64,000 nt of DNA from an uncultured Alphaproteobacteria bacterium (GTDB lineage Bacteria > Pseudomonadota > Alphaproteobacteria > CAAHEQ01 > UBA3637). Numbering within the stretch: the stretch's first letter is position 1; every line of letters begins with the position of its first letter. The stretch lies in contig CAKQGY010000003.1 in the NCBI GenBank assembly GCA_934234055.1, forward strand, positions 21,142 to 85,141, written 5' to 3'. The position numbers were made by a program, and so were the translations under genes. Under the pieces are notes generated by a model, which was given only the letters and a program-made list of their open reading frames with translations, searched no databases and was not told the origin of the DNA. Shown piece after piece: positions 28,032 to 39,653 of the stretch.

Positions 28032-28475
28032 ATGCCGCAGTTTGAAACCGCTTTTTATATCGGGCAAATCTTTTGGATGCTGATCAGTTTCGGCTTCTTG
28101 TATGTAATGATGACTTTTTTAATCTGCCCGATGATTGAGGAAGTGTTGGACGCCCGCCGGGCACAGGTGGCAGAAAATCTGAACGCGGCGGAAAAGGCGA
28201 ACAGTGCGGCGGAAAGCTTGCACAAACGGTATGAAGCCTTTATGCAAAATGCCGAAACCGAAAAAAATGAGAAAATCCAAACGGCCTATGCCGAAATCGG
28301 CCGGGTGGCACAGCAGGCAGAAAATGCGGAAGATCGGCTTTTGCGGCGAAAAGTGCGCCAAACCGAACATAAAATTGACGGCATTAAAAATAAATTGAAC
28401 GAGCAAACGGATACGCTGTCAGCGGGAATCGCTGCAGAGTTGTGCGCGCGCTTGACGGGAGGCAGTCCGAAATGA
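28032..28475 (+). CDS. atpF: F0F1 ATP synthase subunit b'
   Basis: N-terminal TM then a long coiled coil. Start MPQFETAF. Confidence 0.7.
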   Translation: MPQFETAFYIGQIFWMLISFGFLYVMMTFLICPMIEEVLDARRAQVAENLNAAEKANSAAESLHKRYEAFMQNAETEKNEKIQTAYAEIGRVAQQAENAEDRLLRRKVRQTEHKIDGIKNKLNEQTDTLSAGIAAELCARLTGGSPK

Positions 28476-28981
28476 TCTATCATAGTGCCGAGTTTTGGAG
28501 TAGTGTGGCCTTTGTGATCGTGGTGGCGGTGGCCCTGCGGCCGGTGGGGCGATACCTGAATCGCTGGACCAAACGACAAGATGCGCAAATCACGGCCGAG
28601 TTGGAGCAGGCAAAAAACCTGCGGGCTCAGGCAGAAGAGCTGAAAGACGAGTATCAAAAGGCTTTTCAAAATCGCTGGAAAGAACGTGCCAAATTGATGC
28701 GAGAGGCCGACCGTGAAATTGAAGACCTGCGCGCCGAGACGGAAAGCAAAACGCACGACCGAATTTTGCATAAACGGCAGGAAGTGGCGCTGCGGTTAAA
28801 AGTCATTGAGGAAAATGGTCGGCAAGAGGTTAAAAACCAGATGCTGAGCAAGGTGGTGCGCTGTGCCGGCGAGAGGCTGCGGGCGCAAAGTGAGGCCCCG
28901 GCGTCGGCCGTGGAAACGGATCAGATGGTGGCACAGGCCTTGGCGGCCGTGGACGCGATGGCTCCGATTTTGAAAAAATAA
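28472..28981 (+). CDS. atpF: F0F1 ATP synthase subunit b
   Basis: TM plus coiled coil. ATGA overlap with the preceding gene. Confidence 0.7.
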   Translation: MIYHSAEFWSSVAFVIVVAVALRPVGRYLNRWTKRQDAQITAELEQAKNLRAQAEELKDEYQKAFQNRWKERAKLMREADREIEDLRAETESKTHDRILHKRQEVALRLKVIEENGRQEVKNQMLSKVVRCAGERLRAQSEAPASAVETDQMVAQALAAVDAMAPILKK

Positions 28982-29074
28982 ACGAAAATACGCTTTTTTT
29001 GACGAAAAAAGATTGAAAACAGACGGAAAATTGAGTATACTGCCATCAGAGTTTGAATCAACGAAAAGAAGGTT

Positions 29075-29995
29075 TTGATGGAACAGCTTCCCCATATTCC
29101 CGTCCTGCTGGATGAGGTGATTGAATACCTGAATTGCCGAAAGGCCGGCACCTATATTGACGGCACCTTTGGCGCGGGGGGGTATACGCGCGCGATTTTG
29201 GAAGCTAATTCTCGCAATCGCGTGATCGGATTTGACCGTGACCCGGACGCCATGAAAACAGGCCTGATGTTTGAGGGACTGTATCCGAACCGCTTTTCCT
29301 TTATTCACGATTGTTTCAGCAATATGGCGGCCTATGTGGATGATCCGGTGGACGGGATTGTGTTGGACCTGGGGGTGTCGTCTATGCAGATTGATCAGCC
29401 CGAACGCGGGTTCTCGCTGCGCTTTGACGGGCCGCTGGATATGCGCATGGGACAGCAGGGTAAATCGGCCAAAGACTATGTCAACGGCCTGTCGGAACGG
29501 GACTTGGCGGAAATTATTTTCAAGTTCGGTGAAGAAAAAGCGTCGCGTCGAATTGCGGCTGCGATTGTCCAAGAACGCACACAATCTCCGATTATTACGA
29601 CGGCGCAGCTGGCCGATGTAATCCACAGGGTCATGCCGCGTCCCAAAGACGGATCGGATAGTGCAACACGAACCTTTCAAGCCCTGAGGATTCGAGTCAA
29701 TGACGAGTTGGGCGAATTGCAACGCACCTTGGACGCATCGTCGCGGTTGTTAAAGCCGGCCGGGCGATTGGTGGTGGTGTCATTCCATTCTTTGGAAGAT
29801 CGGTTGGTCAAGAACTTTTTAATTCGTCATTCGGACGCAAAAACACATCAAAATCGCTATGCGCCGGCGGAGGCAGTCAGTGCGGGGCCCTTTACCGTTT
29901 TAACGCGCAAACCCGTGTGTGCGGGCGAGGCGGAGCTGAAACGCAATCCGCGGGCGCACTCGGCCAAACTGCGGGCGGCGCAAAGGACGGCATAG
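29075..29995 (+). CDS. rsmH: 16S rRNA m4C1402 methyltransferase RsmH (MraW)
   Basis: HIPVLLDEV...GTFGAGGYT motifs. Confidence 0.9.
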   Translation: MMEQLPHIPVLLDEVIEYLNCRKAGTYIDGTFGAGGYTRAILEANSRNRVIGFDRDPDAMKTGLMFEGLYPNRFSFIHDCFSNMAAYVDDPVDGIVLDLGVSSMQIDQPERGFSLRFDGPLDMRMGQQGKSAKDYVNGLSERDLAEIIFKFGEEKASRRIAAAIVQERTQSPIITTAQLADVIHRVMPRPKDGSDSATRTFQALRIRVNDELGELQRTLDASSRLLKPAGRLVVVSFHSLEDRLVKNFLIRHSDAKTHQNRYAPAEAVSAGPFTVLTRKPVCAGEAELKRNPRAHSAKLRAAQRTA

Positions 29996-30331
29996 ATGAA
30001 AACTTGGGTTGTTCGAGTGGGCTGTGTGTTGTTGGCACTGGGGGCGGCTTTGCAGTTGTTTTATGTCAAGTATCAGGTGATTGACCAAGAGCATGAGCTG
30101 AAACGCATACACCGGCAAATCGCCGATGATATGCGGGAAATCCATATTTGGGAAGCGGAATGGGCGTTACTGAACAACCCGGATCGCCTGCGCAAATTGG
30201 TGGCAAATTATACGACCTTTCAACCGATCGGGGCCAAGCAAATCGTGCGAATATCCGATCTGCCGATGCGGGCGGCACCGGTGCCGGAATCGCGCCCCGT
30301 GTTTGTTGAAGACGCAGAGGGACAGCCATGA
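29996..30331 (+). CDS. ftsL: Cell division protein FtsL-like
   Basis: Small, single TM plus coiled coil, positioned between rsmH and ftsI. Confidence 0.55.
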   Translation: MKTWVVRVGCVLLALGAALQLFYVKYQVIDQEHELKRIHRQIADDMREIHIWEAEWALLNNPDRLRKLVANYTTFQPIGAKQIVRISDLPMRAAPVPESRPVFVEDAEGQP

Positions 30332-32067
30332 AACGATCCCCGAAAGAGACTTTTTACTATGTGGGGCAGGAAATCCCCTATCACCGGTTGGATCGCTATC
30401 GGTGCTTGGACGCGACAACGCAGGTGGTGCTGCAAAAAGCGCGCGGGCGTATTACCTTGATTATCGGGGCGTTGGCGTTGTGCTTTGCGGTGATTGTAGG
30501 GCGGCTGTTTTACCTGACGATTGTGAACTATCAGGCGCGGAACTTTACGCCGTCGGTCCTGAAAACCGAATATATGACGGGGCGACAAAACATTGTGGAT
30601 CGGCACGGGATTGTGTTGGCGACCAGTATCCCGACGGCGGACTTGTCTGTCAATCCCTCTAAAATTAAAAACCCCCAAGAAGTGGCCGAAAAATTGGCTA
30701 AGGCGATTCCGTCGCTGTCGTATGAGGCGGCCTATCAAAAACTGACGGCGGGGAATAACTTTCAATATATCAAACGCGGCTTAACGCCGGTGGAACGCAA
30801 TGCGGTGAACTGGATCGGGAACCCCTATTTGGAAGAGCGGCAGGGAGAAAAGCGCGTCTATCCGCAGCAAAACCTGTTCTCGCATTTAATCGGCAGTGTG
30901 GATATTGATAATGTCGGAACGGCGGGGCTGGAAAAAGCCTATAACGAAGAACTGAAAACGGATCCGGTGATGCTGTCGCTGGATACATCGGTTCAGGAAA
31001 TGACGCGGCAGGCCCTGATGCAGGGGATTCAAAAATACAAAGCCCGCGCGGGTTTAAGTGTCGTAATGAATGTCAAAAACGGTGAAATTCTGGCGTCGGT
31101 GTCGCTGCCGGATTATAATCCGAATCGGTCAGCGGGGAAAAAAGATGATCGCTTTAATAAAGTCAGCCTGGGCAGTTATGAATTCGGATCGGTGTTCAAG
31201 TTATTCAATACGGCGATGGCGTTGGAAGCCGGCGATATTCGGCCGACGGACTCGTTTGATGCGAAAAACACCCTGAAAATCGGGCGCAAAGTGATTGAGG
31301 ATTTTCGCGGGCAAAATCGAGTGCTGACGGTGCCGGAAATCCTGATACACTCGTCCAACATCGGGTCGGCACGAATCGCCCTGCAATCGGGGTGGCAAAA
31401 ACAACGCGACTTTTTGGGAAAATTGGGCTTTTATCAAAAGCTGCCGATTGTGCTGTCGGAACGGGGATCAACACTGTATCCGACGGGGGCAAAATGGGCG
31501 GATATGACCTCGGCCAGCGTGGCATACGGCTATGGCGTGTCGGTGACGCCCCTGCACCTGATTGCGGCGGTGGCAGCCATTGCAAACGACGGAATCTATC
31601 ATGTGCCGACCTTTATCAAAGACGGCAATAAAGGCAGGCCCGAATATCAGGTTATTTCACGTAAGACCTCGGAACAAATGCGCCATATGATGTGGGCGGT
31701 GATCAATTGGGAAATGAAAGAAAGCAACCCGGTGTATGGCTATGCCGTGGGGGGGAAAACAGGATCGGCGAACCTGCTGTCCGAGGACGGACGGTATATC
31801 CAAGGGTCGCTGCGCACCAGTTTTGTGGGAGTTTTTCCGATGGATGATCCGCAATATGCGGTGCTGGTGACATTGGAGGATCCGAAAAAAATTAAAGAAA
31901 CATGGATGTTTAATAATGCGGGGTGGAATGCCAGGCCGATCGGCCTGAACATCATTGCGGAGATTGCACCGTATTTGGGTGTGATGCCGCGGCCGCGGTG
32001 GGAGCAACCCTCCTATATTGAGCAAGCTATTGAAAAGAGTATTGAATACAAGAAGAGGAAAAAATGA
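30328..32067 (+). CDS. ftsI: Peptidoglycan D,D-transpeptidase FtsI (PBP3)
   Basis: SxxK (SVFK), SSN and KTG motifs. Confidence 0.9.
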   Translation: MKRSPKETFYYVGQEIPYHRLDRYRCLDATTQVVLQKARGRITLIIGALALCFAVIVGRLFYLTIVNYQARNFTPSVLKTEYMTGRQNIVDRHGIVLATSIPTADLSVNPSKIKNPQEVAEKLAKAIPSLSYEAAYQKLTAGNNFQYIKRGLTPVERNAVNWIGNPYLEERQGEKRVYPQQNLFSHLIGSVDIDNVGTAGLEKAYNEELKTDPVMLSLDTSVQEMTRQALMQGIQKYKARAGLSVVMNVKNGEILASVSLPDYNPNRSAGKKDDRFNKVSLGSYEFGSVFKLFNTAMALEAGDIRPTDSFDAKNTLKIGRKVIEDFRGQNRVLTVPEILIHSSNIGSARIALQSGWQKQRDFLGKLGFYQKLPIVLSERGSTLYPTGAKWADMTSASVAYGYGVSVTPLHLIAAVAAIANDGIYHVPTFIKDGNKGRPEYQVISRKTSEQMRHMMWAVINWEMKESNPVYGYAVGGKTGSANLLSEDGRYIQGSLRTSFVGVFPMDDPQYAVLVTLEDPKKIKETWMFNNAGWNARPIGLNIIAEIAPYLGVMPRPRWEQPSYIEQAIEKSIEYKKRKK

Positions 32068-34880
32068 ACAGTTGTGAACTATTGGCCGAAATCGGCGTGA
32101 AAGTGAACGGAGAATTGCCGGAGATAACGGGCTTGGCAATTCATGCGGGGGCTGTGCGATCCGGTGATGCCTTTGCCGCGATGAAGGGAGCCGCACGCGA
32201 CGGGGCGGACTATGTGGCCGAGGCTGTTCAAAACGGTGCGGTGCTGATCCTGGCCGAGCGCGAAATAGTGGCCGATGTGCCCGTGGTGGTGGTGCCGAAC
32301 CTGCGGCGGCAGGTGTCGCGTCTGGCGGCTCGGTTGTATCCGTCGGATCAGGTGATGAAACTGGCCGTGACGGGGACGAACGGAAAAACCTCAACCGTCT
32401 ATTATGTGCAGCAACTGTTAAATCGGCTGGGGATTTCGGCAGCCAGTCTGGGGACAATCGGCGTGGATTCGGCCCGGGGACATATCGAGGGGTATATGAC
32501 AACGCCGGATGCAATTACTTTGAATAAAACGCTGCACGACCTGCAAACACAGGGAATCCGCGTGGTGGCGTTGGAGGCATCCAGCCACGGTTTGGATCAA
32601 GGGCGGTTGGACGGCTTGATGTTCCGGGCGGGGGCTTTTACGAATCTGACGCAAGATCATTTGGATTATCATAAAACCATGGCGGCCTATTTGGATGCGA
32701 AAAGTAAGTTGTTTTCGGACTATGTGGCCGCGGACGGTTTGGCGGTGTTGAACGCCGATGATTCCGCCTTTGCACACTTGGCCGATATGGCGAAAGAGCG
32801 AGGCTTGCGCGTTATATCCTATGGTCGGCAGGGGGCGGATTTTCGCCTGATTTCCCAAACGCCGACAGAGTATGGGCAGTCCGTTGTGTTTGAGGCCGGT
32901 GGCCGGCGGTATGAGACGAACCTGGCGATTGTGGGGGACTTTCAGGTGATGAACCTGTTTGCCGCCATGGGGCTGTGCCTGGGAGCGGGGGTTGCCATAG
33001 AGCAGATCATCCCCCTGTTGCCCGAGTTGCAAGCCCCCAGCGGCCGGATTGAACAAATGGGAACTTTGCCGAACGGGGCGCGGGTCTTTGTGGACTATGC
33101 GCACACGCCGGACGCGGTGGAGCGGGTGTTGATCTCGCTGCGGGCGCATACGAAAGGCAAGTTGGTGTGTGTGATCGGCTGTGGCGGAAATCGCGATACC
33201 GGCAAGCGGCCTTTGATGGGGGCTGCGGCGGATCGGTTGGCGGATCGGGTCTATATCACCGATGATAACCCGCGGTTTGAGAATCCGGCGGCGATTCGGA
33301 CGGCGATCCGAGAGGCCTGTCCGAATGCCGAAGAATACGACAATCGCGAAGAAGCGATCTATCGCGCGGTTAAAAGCTTGGAGCCGCAGGATGTGCTGGT
33401 CATTGCAGGTAAGGGGCACGAAGCCGGGCAAACCATCAACGGGATAACCTATGCCATGGATGATCGGGTGGAAGCACGTTTGGCTATTATGAGCCGAACA
33501 ACCCCTGCGCTGTGGACGGCCGAGGAATTAAAATTGGCTCTGTCGGTCAAAGTGCCCGAACGCATACAAGCGTATGGCGTTTCTATTGACACACGAACAT
33601 TGAAGTTGGGGGATCTGTTCCTGGCGATGAGCGGGGAAAACAGCGACGGACATGCCTTTGTCAAGCGCGCCGTAGAATTGGGCGCGGCGGCGTGCGTGGT
33701 GACTCATTTGGTGGCCGAAGTGCCGGCGGAAAAGCAAATTGTGGTGGCCGATGTGATGAATGCGCTGGAATCCTTGGCGCGGTTTTCGCGTATGCGCAGT
33801 TCCGCTACCTTTATCGGGATTACGGGCTCGTCCGGCAAGACAACTACCAAAGAAATGTTAAAGGCGATTCTGTCTGCCCAAGGGCAAACGCAGGCGACAC
33901 AAGGCAACCTGAACAACCAGATCGGAGTGCCGCTGACCCTGGCGCGGGTGGGAGCCGGGACACGCTATGCCGTGATTGAAATGGGTATGAACCACAGTGG
34001 TGAGCTGTATCACCTGTCGGATATGGTGCGACCGGATATAACGATTATCACCTCTATCGGGTTGGCGCATCGCGCGTTTTTCAAGACCGAAGCCGATGTG
34101 GCCAAGGCCAAATCAGAAATCTTTGAGTTCCAAAATCGGCAAGGGGTGGCCGTCCTGAATAAAGCAGATGATTTTTACGACTTTTTAAAGCAGGCCGCCG
34201 CGGCGCAAGGTATCGCACGGCAGGTCTCGTTCGGGGCGGATAAAACCGCCGATGTGGCGTTGGTGTCGGCGGTATCGACCGGCGATAAAACAACGGTGGA
34301 TTTTATGACACAAGGCCGGACGTATCAAATGACCTTGGGCTTTGTCGGAACACACTATGTATCGGACGCCCTGGGGGCGTTGGCCGTGGTGTTGGCCGCA
34401 GGGGGCGATTTGGAGCAGGCGATCAAAACGCTGGAAACCCAAAGCCCGGCGGCAGGACGTGGGGCGGTGTCAAGCGTGATTTTCGCGGGGCATCATATCA
34501 CCCTGATAGATGATGCCTATAATGCTAATCCGTCGTCTATGGCGGCGTCGGTGCGGGCCCTGGGTCTGAGGCGCGGGGGGCGGAAAATCGCGGTGCTGGG
34601 CGATATGTTGGAGTTGGGCGATTTGGGCCCGAAACTGCACGCCGATATGGCACCGGTGTTGAACAAAGCCGGCGTGGATCGGGTTTATTTGGCGGGCGAG
34701 CTGATGACGCATTTGTGGGCCGATGTGCCGGCGGATAAACAAGGTGCGCATACCCGAACCCCCGAAGAATTGTTGCCGATTTTGGCGCGCGACCTGCAAG
34801 ACGGGGATTTTGTGTTGGTCAAGGCTTCGCACGGGGCGGGGCTGTATCGGTTGATTCAAATGATGAAAGGAAATAAATAA
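32064..34880 (+). CDS. murE-murF: Fused MurE (UDP-MurNAc-tripeptide synthetase) and MurF (D-Ala-D-Ala adding enzyme), 938 aa
   Basis: Two Mur ligase ATP sites ([22 protein letters not shown]). MurE ends ...AGKGHEAGQ and MurF begins at about aa 480 with no stop between them. Confidence 0.85.
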   Translation: MNSCELLAEIGVKVNGELPEITGLAIHAGAVRSGDAFAAMKGAARDGADYVAEAVQNGAVLILAEREIVADVPVVVVPNLRRQVSRLAARLYPSDQVMKLAVTGTNGKTSTVYYVQQLLNRLGISAASLGTIGVDSARGHIEGYMTTPDAITLNKTLHDLQTQGIRVVALEASSHGLDQGRLDGLMFRAGAFTNLTQDHLDYHKTMAAYLDAKSKLFSDYVAADGLAVLNADDSAFAHLADMAKERGLRVISYGRQGADFRLISQTPTEYGQSVVFEAGGRRYETNLAIVGDFQVMNLFAAMGLCLGAGVAIEQIIPLLPELQAPSGRIEQMGTLPNGARVFVDYAHTPDAVERVLISLRAHTKGKLVCVIGCGGNRDTGKRPLMGAAADRLADRVYITDDNPRFENPAAIRTAIREACPNAEEYDNREEAIYRAVKSLEPQDVLVIAGKGHEAGQTINGITYAMDDRVEARLAIMSRTTPALWTAEELKLALSVKVPERIQAYGVSIDTRTLKLGDLFLAMSGENSDGHAFVKRAVELGAAACVVTHLVAEVPAEKQIVVADVMNALESLARFSRMRSSATFIGITGSSGKTTTKEMLKAILSAQGQTQATQGNLNNQIGVPLTLARVGAGTRYAVIEMGMNHSGELYHLSDMVRPDITIITSIGLAHRAFFKTEADVAKAKSEIFEFQNRQGVAVLNKADDFYDFLKQAAAAQGIARQVSFGADKTADVALVSAVSTGDKTTVDFMTQGRTYQMTLGFVGTHYVSDALGALAVVLAAGGDLEQAIKTLETQSPAAGRGAVSSVIFAGHHITLIDDAYNANPSSMAASVRALGLRRGGRKIAVLGDMLELGDLGPKLHADMAPVLNKAGVDRVYLAGELMTHLWADVPADKQGAHTRTPEELLPILARDLQDGDFVLVKASHGAGLYRLIQMMKGNK

Positions 34881-35962
34881 TGCTGTATTGGTTGCATATG
34901 CTGAAAAATGTGGTCAGTCCTTTGAATGTGTTTCAATATCTGACTTTTCGGACGGGCGGGGCGCTGATCACGGCGTTTTTGATTGTCCTGATAGCCGGGC
35001 CGCGGTTTATCCGGTGGCTGAAATCCAAGCAGGGTGAGGGGCAACCGATTCGCACCGACGGGCCGCAAACGCACCTGTCCAAAAAAGGCACGCCGACAAT
35101 GGGCGGGTTGCTGATCGTGATAGCGGGCGTGATTGCGACGTTGCTGTGGGCGAATCCGGCCAATCCCTATGTGTGGGTGGTGCTGACGGTGTTTGTCGGT
35201 TTTGGCGCGATCGGGTTTGGGGATGACTATCTGAAACTGACGCGGCACAATACAGCCGGCATTTCGGGACGCAAACGCCTGATGATGGAGTTCGGGCTGG
35301 CTTTTGTGGCGTGTGTGGCGGTGATTTGTTTGGAGGACGGTATGATGGCGACAACCCTGACAATTCCGTTTTTCAAGAATATTTTGATGGATATCGGGTG
35401 GTTCTATATCCCGTTTGTGCTGGTGGTGATTGTCGGGACGGCCAATGCCGTGAACCTGACGGACGGGCTGGACGGCCTGGTCAGCGTGCCGGTGATTATG
35501 GCGCTGTTGGTGTTTGCGGTAATTGCCTATTTATCGGGGAATGTGCAGTTTGCCGAATACCTTAAAATCTATTATGTCGGGCAGGCCGCAGAATTGACGG
35601 TGCTGGGCGGGGCGCTGATCGGAGCGACATTGGGCTTTTTGTGGTATAATGCTCACCCGGCTCAGGTGTTTATGGGGGATACCGGATCACTGGCGCTGGG
35701 GGGCGCGCTGGGGGTGTTGGCCGTCGCAACCAAGCACGAGATTGTCTTGGCAATTGCGGGTGGCATTTTTGTGGCCGAGGCTCTGTCGGATATTATTCAG
35801 GTGGGCTCGTATAAACTGCGGGGTAAACGCGTGTTTTTAATGGCGCCGATTCATCACCACTTTGAGAAAAAAGGTTGGTCCGAAACGACGGTCGTCGTTC
35901 GGTTCTGGATTGTGTCTATTTTATTGGCGCTGGCGGCGTTGGCCACATTGAAGTTGAGGTAA
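34880..35962 (+). CDS. mraY: Phospho-N-acetylmuramoyl-pentapeptide transferase
   Basis: 10-TM MraY with the [12 protein letters not shown] motif. Confidence 0.9.
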   Translation: MLYWLHMLKNVVSPLNVFQYLTFRTGGALITAFLIVLIAGPRFIRWLKSKQGEGQPIRTDGPQTHLSKKGTPTMGGLLIVIAGVIATLLWANPANPYVWVVLTVFVGFGAIGFGDDYLKLTRHNTAGISGRKRLMMEFGLAFVACVAVICLEDGMMATTLTIPFFKNILMDIGWFYIPFVLVVIVGTANAVNLTDGLDGLVSVPVIMALLVFAVIAYLSGNVQFAEYLKIYYVGQAAELTVLGGALIGATLGFLWYNAHPAQVFMGDTGSLALGGALGVLAVATKHEIVLAIAGGIFVAEALSDIIQVGSYKLRGKRVFLMAPIHHHFEKKGWSETTVVVRFWIVSILLALAALATLKLR

Positions 35963-35964
35963 AA

Positions 35965-37089
35965 ATGAAGCACTATATCGGACAGAAACTCTATCAAATC
36001 AAGACGCAATTTCGCGGGCTGGACAAGGGAATTTTGAACAGTATTTTTATCTTGATTTTGTTCGGAATCTGTCTGACATTGGCGGCCAGTCCCGCCGTGG
36101 CCGAGCGCAACCGCTATGGCACATTTCATTTTATCTACCGGCAATTTTTGTTCCTGGGGCCGGCGGTGGGCACGATGCTGGGCGTTGCGCTGCTGTCGGT
36201 TAAACAAATCCGACGGGTGGCGTTGGTGTTGCTGGTGGTCAGCTTGATTCTGATGGTGTATGTGCTGTTGTTCGGTTATGAAATTAAAGGGGCCAAACGG
36301 TGGATGAATTTCGGGCCAATCGGCCTGCAACCGTCCGAGTTCGTTAAACCGGCTTTTGCCGTGGTGTGCGCGTGGTTGTTGGCGTCGGGCAAGTTGATTA
36401 AAAAATTCCCGGGCTATTGGTTGGCGATCGGCCTGTATGGGATTGTGGCGTTGTTGTTGTTCCGGCAGCCCGATATCGGTATGTTGCTGACGGTGTCGGC
36501 AATCTTTGCGGTGCAGTTGTTCCTGTCCGGGATTCCGTGGGCGTTGGTGCTGGGGGCCGGGGGATTTTTTGCCGCACTGGTGCCGCTGGCGTATTTTAAT
36601 TTAGAGCATGTGCGCCTGCGGATTGATCGGTTTTTAAGCCCCGAGGTGGAAAAAGGCTATCAGGTGGAAAAGTCGCTGGAAACCTTGCATAACGCAGGGT
36701 GGTTCGGCAAAGGCCCGGGCGAAGGCGTGGTCAAATTTCAATTGCCCGATGCGCATACAGACTTTATTTTGGCGGTTTCGGCCGAGGAGTTCGGGTTTGT
36801 CCTGACGGCGTTGTTGGTAGGCGTATTTGCCTTTTTGGTTTTGCGCGGGTTTTGGATGATTCGCAAAGAAAATAATTATTTTTGCCAAATTGCCGTTGCG
36901 GGCTTATTGACTCAGATTGCTTTTCAGGTTATTGTAAATATGGGTTCAACTTTGAATCTCTTGCCGACCAAAGGTATGACACTGCCGTTCATCTCGTATG
37001 GCGGGTCGTCATTGGTGTCGGTGGGGATTGCTTTCGGGTTTATCCTGGGGCTGATTCACAGTCGGACATTGAGCAGAGGATTGGAATAA
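35965..37089 (+). CDS. ftsW: Lipid II flippase / peptidoglycan glycosyltransferase FtsW
   Basis: SEDS family. Start MKHYIGQ is 2 nt after the mraY stop, so there is no room for murD. Confidence 0.85.
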   Translation: MKHYIGQKLYQIKTQFRGLDKGILNSIFILILFGICLTLAASPAVAERNRYGTFHFIYRQFLFLGPAVGTMLGVALLSVKQIRRVALVLLVVSLILMVYVLLFGYEIKGAKRWMNFGPIGLQPSEFVKPAFAVVCAWLLASGKLIKKFPGYWLAIGLYGIVALLLFRQPDIGMLLTVSAIFAVQLFLSGIPWALVLGAGGFFAALVPLAYFNLEHVRLRIDRFLSPEVEKGYQVEKSLETLHNAGWFGKGPGEGVVKFQLPDAHTDFILAVSAEEFGFVLTALLVGVFAFLVLRGFWMIRKENNYFCQIAVAGLLTQIAFQVIVNMGSTLNLLPTKGMTLPFISYGGSSLVSVGIAFGFILGLIHSRTLSRGLE

Positions 37090-37090
37090 A

Positions 37091-38197
37091 ATGACAAAAA
37101 CAAAACAACAAGCACCTTTAATCGTGGTTAGTACCGGCGGTAGCGGCGGGCATATCTTTCCGGCCGAAGCAATCGCCGGCGCTTTGATTAAACAAGGCGC
37201 ACGGGTGGCGTTCCTGACCGATAAGCGCGGGCAGGCTTTTCAAGGATTAAAAGGCGTGGCGGTTTATCGCTTGGCGGCCGAGTCTGTGACGGGGCGGTCG
37301 GTGCTTGGGAAAATTCGGGCGTTGTTCAAACTGTGGCTTGGCACGGTGCAGGCGCTTTTCCTGATGTATCGCCTGAAACCCGCGGCGGTGGTGGGTGTGG
37401 GCGGTTATGCCTCGATCCCGGCGGTGATGGCGGGGCATGTGGCGCATATCCCTGTGATTTTGCACGAGCAAAATGCCGTTCTGGGGCGTGCGAATCGCTT
37501 GCTGGCGCGGGGGGCACGGTTTATCGGCACCTCGTTTCAACCGACACTGCTGATTCCGGCCGATATTCTACAGATTCAAGTGGGCCTGCCGGCACGACCG
37601 GCGGTGCTGGCGTTGCAGGACAGCCCTTTCCCAAAGATGAAAGATACCTTTCATTTACTGATATTCGGGGGCAGTCAGGGAGCACGATTCTTTACGAACA
37701 AATTGCCCGAGGCGTTGTTGGCGTTGCCGGCGGAACTGCGTGCCAAAATTGACCTGGTGCAACAGGTGCGACCCGAAGATATGGACCATGCGCGGGAAGT
37801 CTATGCCGGGGCGGGGTTCAAAAAAATCACCCTGAAATCCTTTTTTAATGATATGCCCGAGCAATTGAAAAAAGCACATTTGGTGATCGGGCGTGGCGGG
37901 GCCGGGACATTGACCGAGCTGATGATTATCGGGCGACCGGCAATCATTATCCCCTTGCCGACAGCGGCGGATAACCACCAAGCGGAAAATGCGCGCCTGT
38001 TCTGTGATAAAGGGGCCGGTTGGTTGATGCTGGAAAGCGACTATCAGACCAATAGAATGCGCGATCGACTGATGAAACTGATGACAAAACCGGAGCTGCT
38101 GGCTGATGCGGCACGGCGTTCGGCACAGGGGGGCGATCCGGCGGCTGCGGATAAAATGGCCGGCGCGATTTTGGATATTGTGAAGGGAGCCAAATAA
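37091..38197 (+). CDS. murG: UDP-GlcNAc:lipid I GlcNAc transferase MurG
   Basis: GGSGGHIFPA and GT28 motifs. Confidence 0.9.
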   Translation: MTKTKQQAPLIVVSTGGSGGHIFPAEAIAGALIKQGARVAFLTDKRGQAFQGLKGVAVYRLAAESVTGRSVLGKIRALFKLWLGTVQALFLMYRLKPAAVVGVGGYASIPAVMAGHVAHIPVILHEQNAVLGRANRLLARGARFIGTSFQPTLLIPADILQIQVGLPARPAVLALQDSPFPKMKDTFHLLIFGGSQGARFFTNKLPEALLALPAELRAKIDLVQQVRPEDMDHAREVYAGAGFKKITLKSFFNDMPEQLKKAHLVIGRGGAGTLTELMIIGRPAIIIPLPTAADNHQAENARLFCDKGAGWLMLESDYQTNRMRDRLMKLMTKPELLADAARRSAQGGDPAAADKMAGAILDIVKGAK

Positions 38198-39600
38198 TGC
38201 GAAAAATACTTCCCCTTAAAAAAATTCACTTTATCGGCATTGGCGGAATCGGTATGAGCGCGATTGCCGAAATGCTGCATGATATGGGCTTTGCAGTGCA
38301 AGGATCTAATGATGTGGAAAACGGCAATACCGAGCGTGTGCGCGGGCAGGGAATCCCCGTCTTTATCGGGCACGATTCCAATAATTTAAGCGGCGTGGAC
38401 GCGGTGGTGATCTCGTCTGCCATACATTCCGACAATCCCGAGTTGGCCGAAGCTCGCCGGCGGGGAATCCCGGTGGGGCATCGCTCGGAAATGCTGGCCG
38501 AGATATTAAAATTTAAGCAAAGTGTGTGTGTGTCGGGCACGCATGGTAAAACGACGACGTCCTCTTTGATTGCCAGCCTGCTGGTGACGGCGGGGAAAAA
38601 ACCCAGCTTTGTGATCGGCGGAATCTTGAACAACCAAAAGTCTAATGCTCAGCTGGGGTCTGGCAACTGGGTCGTGGTGGAGGCCGACGAGTCGGACGGG
38701 TCGTTCCTGCGCCTGCCAACGACGATTTCGGTCATCACGAACATAGATCCCGAGCATTTGGATTTTTATAAAACCTTTGACCATATGAAGCGGGCGTATG
38801 CGGCCTTTATCCGGCAGACGGCGTTTTACGGCTGCACGGTGGCCTGCACGGATCATCCGGTAGTGCGCGAAGTGCTGGCCGATGTGTCGGGTCGTAAGAT
38901 CATCACCTATGGCCTGAACAAGCAAGCCGATATTCATCCCGATCATATTCGGCCGACCGAGACCGGCTTTGTGATGGATATCTTTATTCGTCGCGGATGC
39001 AAGTTCAAAAAACTGAAAGATGTGGCACTGTCGCTGATGGGCCTGCATAATGTGGCCAATGCTATGGCGATGGTGGGTGTGGCCGAACAAATGGGTATTA
39101 CGGAGAAAGCTATTCGCAAGACTCTGGCGGGGTTCAAGGGGATTCAACGCCGCCTGACCAAGCGCGGTATCATTGATGCGAATGTGCCGGTCTATGACGA
39201 TTATGCCCACCATCCGGTTGAAATTAAAGCGACTTTAAGTGCGTTGCGACCAGCTACAAAAAAACGCGTGATTGCCATTTTTCAACCGCATAGATATACC
39301 AGATTGCGCGATTTATGGGATGACTTTTTGACGGCGTTTGACGATGCGGATCAAGTTCTGGTGTGCGATGTTTATCCGGCGGGCGAACCGGCGTTAGAGG
39401 GCATCACGGCTCAGCGATTTGCAGCGGCTTTGTCCGAAAAGCACGCGAATGTCGGCTATATCCCCTCGTTTGAGGCGTTAACCGAACGCATTCAAAAAGA
39501 AGCACGGCCGGGTGATACGATTGTATGCCTGGGGGCGGGCAGTATTTCAGCGCAGGCCAAAGAATTGATTAAAAAACTAAAAGGAAAAACAATATGTTAG
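38197..39600 (+). CDS. murC: UDP-N-acetylmuramate-L-alanine ligase
   Basis: GTHGKTTTSS ATP site. Confidence 0.9.
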   Translation: MRKILPLKKIHFIGIGGIGMSAIAEMLHDMGFAVQGSNDVENGNTERVRGQGIPVFIGHDSNNLSGVDAVVISSAIHSDNPELAEARRRGIPVGHRSEMLAEILKFKQSVCVSGTHGKTTTSSLIASLLVTAGKKPSFVIGGILNNQKSNAQLGSGNWVVVEADESDGSFLRLPTTISVITNIDPEHLDFYKTFDHMKRAYAAFIRQTAFYGCTVACTDHPVVREVLADVSGRKIITYGLNKQADIHPDHIRPTETGFVMDIFIRRGCKFKKLKDVALSLMGLHNVANAMAMVGVAEQMGITEKAIRKTLAGFKGIQRRLTKRGIIDANVPVYDDYAHHPVEIKATLSALRPATKKRVIAIFQPHRYTRLRDLWDDFLTAFDDADQVLVCDVYPAGEPALEGITAQRFAAALSEKHANVGYIPSFEALTERIQKEARPGDTIVCLGAGSISAQAKELIKKLKGKTIC

Positions 39601-39653
39601 GTTGGTTTCGGAAATTATTTTATCACAGCCCTCTGCTGGACAAAATACCGCCG

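Noticed and set aside
35962-35965. Possibility that murD is hidden as a small or frameshifted gene between mraY and ftsW
   Set aside because: Only 2 nt separate the two genes. There is no space for even a remnant.
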